Part shown: piece by piece, positions 62,377 to 64,000 of the stretch | Layout: every line of letters begins with the position of its first letter | Numbering within the stretch: the stretch's first letter is position 1 | Origin: Chlorokybus atmophyticus | Taxonomy: Eukaryota; Plantae; Mesostigma and Chlorokybus algae | NCBI GenBank assembly: GCA_009103225.1 | Contig: RHPI01002438.1 | Location: 238,271-302,270, forward strand | Length of the DNA: 64,000 nucleotides | Reading direction: 5' to 3' | Notes under the pieces: model-generated | What the model was told of the DNA's origin: nothing | Databases searched by the model: none | Seen by the model: the letters and a program-made list of their open reading frames with translations, nothing else | Made by a program: the position numbers and the translations under genes

Positions 62377-64000
62377 ATGAGCAAGAAGCAGCGCGGCAGC
62401 AATGCTGCTGCGCTCACGTCCCATCCCGAGGTGAACAATGAGAAGGCGGATATGCACGACCAGAAGGTGGAGCAGGCATTCCCGGACCAGGAGGCTTCAC
62501 CCACTGAAACCGGCAACATCCCCGACAACGACGGCTCCGAGGCCTACAAGTATGCACAGAACCACGACGGGGCTTGTGTGCGTACTAACCGCACGCATAT
62601 CATCACGTCGTGCACGCATACACATCGTAACAACGCGTACATGCACTGGTAGTGGGTGCGCATACATGCACGTGTACACGCACCACATCGAGTCATCACA
62701 TCAGCCTGTTGGGTACTACACGTGCACACATGCGCTGTACACCCACCCACCCACCCTCCCTCCCTCCCTCCCTCCCTCCCNNNNNNNNNNNNNNNNNNNN
62801 NNNNNNNNNNNNNNNNNNNNNNNNNNNNNNNNNNNNNNNNNNNNNNNNNNNNNNNNNNNNNNNNNNNNNNNNNNNNNNNNNNNNNNNNNNNNNNNNNNNN
62901 NNNNNNNNNNNNNNNNNNNNNNNNNNNNNNNNNNNNNNNNNNNNNNNNNNNNNNNNNNNNNNNNNNNNNNNNNNNNNNNNNNNNNNNNNNNNNNNNNNNN
63001 NNNNNNNNNNNNNNNNNNNNCCCTCCCCTCCCCTCCCCTCCCCCAGACTCGCCTGCCTCTCCTCCTCCCTCCTCCACTCCCCCTCCATCCTCTCCCGTCT
63101 CCGCCACCCCTCCCTCCTCTCCCTCTCCCACTACGCCATCGGCGGTTCCGGCGGCCTCGCGCTGGGGGCAGCTCTCTCGCACAACACGCGCGCGAGGGCG
63201 GTGGATCTGTCGGACGCGGCGCTCGGGGATAGGGGAGTGCAGGGTGTGTGTGTGGGGTTGACCAAGGGGAGCAAGACGAGCAGGGTGGAGAAGTGCGACT
63301 TGAGCAGGAATCTGGCCACGGCGCAGGTAGCTGGTGTTGGTGTTGTGGGGGTTGTTGTGGGATTGTTTGTGATGGTGATGGTGATGTGTGTGTGGACAGT
63401 CGGCGCCTGCGATAGCGGGTTTGGTGGAGGCGAATGAGAGTATTACGGAGTTGTCGCTGAGGGGGAACCCGCTCAAGTGAGTTTGGTGCTTGATGCTGTT
63501 GTTGTTGTGGTGGTGGTGGTGGTCATGGTGGTATGGGGTAATGTGCAGGGATGCTGGCGTGAGGAGGATAGCAAAGGCGCTGATGAACAACACGGCCATA
63601 CGGGAGTTGGACCTCACGGCCACGGGATTCGGTGACGGTGGCGCCCAGGTGAGACAAACCCGCACACATGCATACGCACACGCACAGAAGGTCTACACAT
63701 CTGTGCGAGTAGAGAGTCAGGGATCCACATACACACAACAGCGTGTCCCCTCGTAGGCCGTTGCAGTTTTGATGACCGAGTCCACCTCCCTCCGCTCCCT
63801 CTCCATGGGTCACAACGCGATCGTGACCGCCTGGCCCCTCGTCTTCGGCGCCCTGGAGTACAACAACACCCTTCAGGTGCTCGACCTCGCCAACAGCGGC
63901 CTCGGGGACGCGCACGGCCAGGCGCTCGCCGCGTCGCTCGTCGCCAACGGGAGCCTGCTGACGCTGGATGTCGGAGATTGCAGGTGAGAGGGGGGGGGGG
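62377..64000 (+). CDS. Ribonuclease-inhibitor-type LRR protein, LRRC74-like; truncated by the window end and interrupted by a gap
   Basis: EAYK/LAC...LSLSHYAIGGSGGLALGAALSHNTRARAVDLSDAALGDRG...; ELSLRGNPL; ELDLTATGFGDGG; LDLANSGLGDAHGQALAASLVANGSLLTLDV (about 28-aa RI-type repeats). The start codon is uncertain. Confidence 0.75.
62755..63044. repeat. (CCCT)n/(CCCCT)n tract flanking an assembly gap (N 62781-63020) in an intron of the LRRC74-like gene
   Basis: Direct reading of the sequence. Confidence 0.9.

Overview
Eukaryotic nuclear DNA with GT-AG introns, the standard genetic code and four N-gaps. It is most likely from a flagellated green alga; an early-diverging streptophyte is my inference from IFT172 together with plant-like NIPA8, an 11S-type bicupin and a TIR-NB-ARC-LRR, and the species cannot be fixed from the sequence. 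I hand-spliced 18 genes or pseudogenes whose orientations alternate strictly: NIPA8-like(-), RRP4(+), TRAP-beta(-), BORCS8(+), ARFRP1(-), NDUFV1(+), GTF3C2(-), hAT-derived BED/DUF659 gene(+), IFT172(-), plastid/thylakoid Tat-type protein(+), zf-MYND protein(-), P-loop ATPase pseudogene(+), SPRTN(-), TMEM161(+), bicupin pseudogene(-), TIR-NB-ARC-LRR pseudogene(+), intact secreted bicupin(-), LRRC74-like(+). The most notable items are: a signal-peptide-bearing seed-storage-globulin-like bicupin in a duplicated block that also holds a decayed plant-type TNL immune receptor and a mitochondrial rps3 insertion; a catalytically degenerate, intron-rich hAT transposase head-to-head with GTF3C2; a CRE-clade retrotransposon endonuclease relic; and a sharp compositional switch (GC-rich exons, purine-pyrimidine microsatellite introns) in IFT172 and the LRRC74-like gene. 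Family assignments come from remembered motifs, not database searches. No rRNA, tRNA or CRISPR array was seen.
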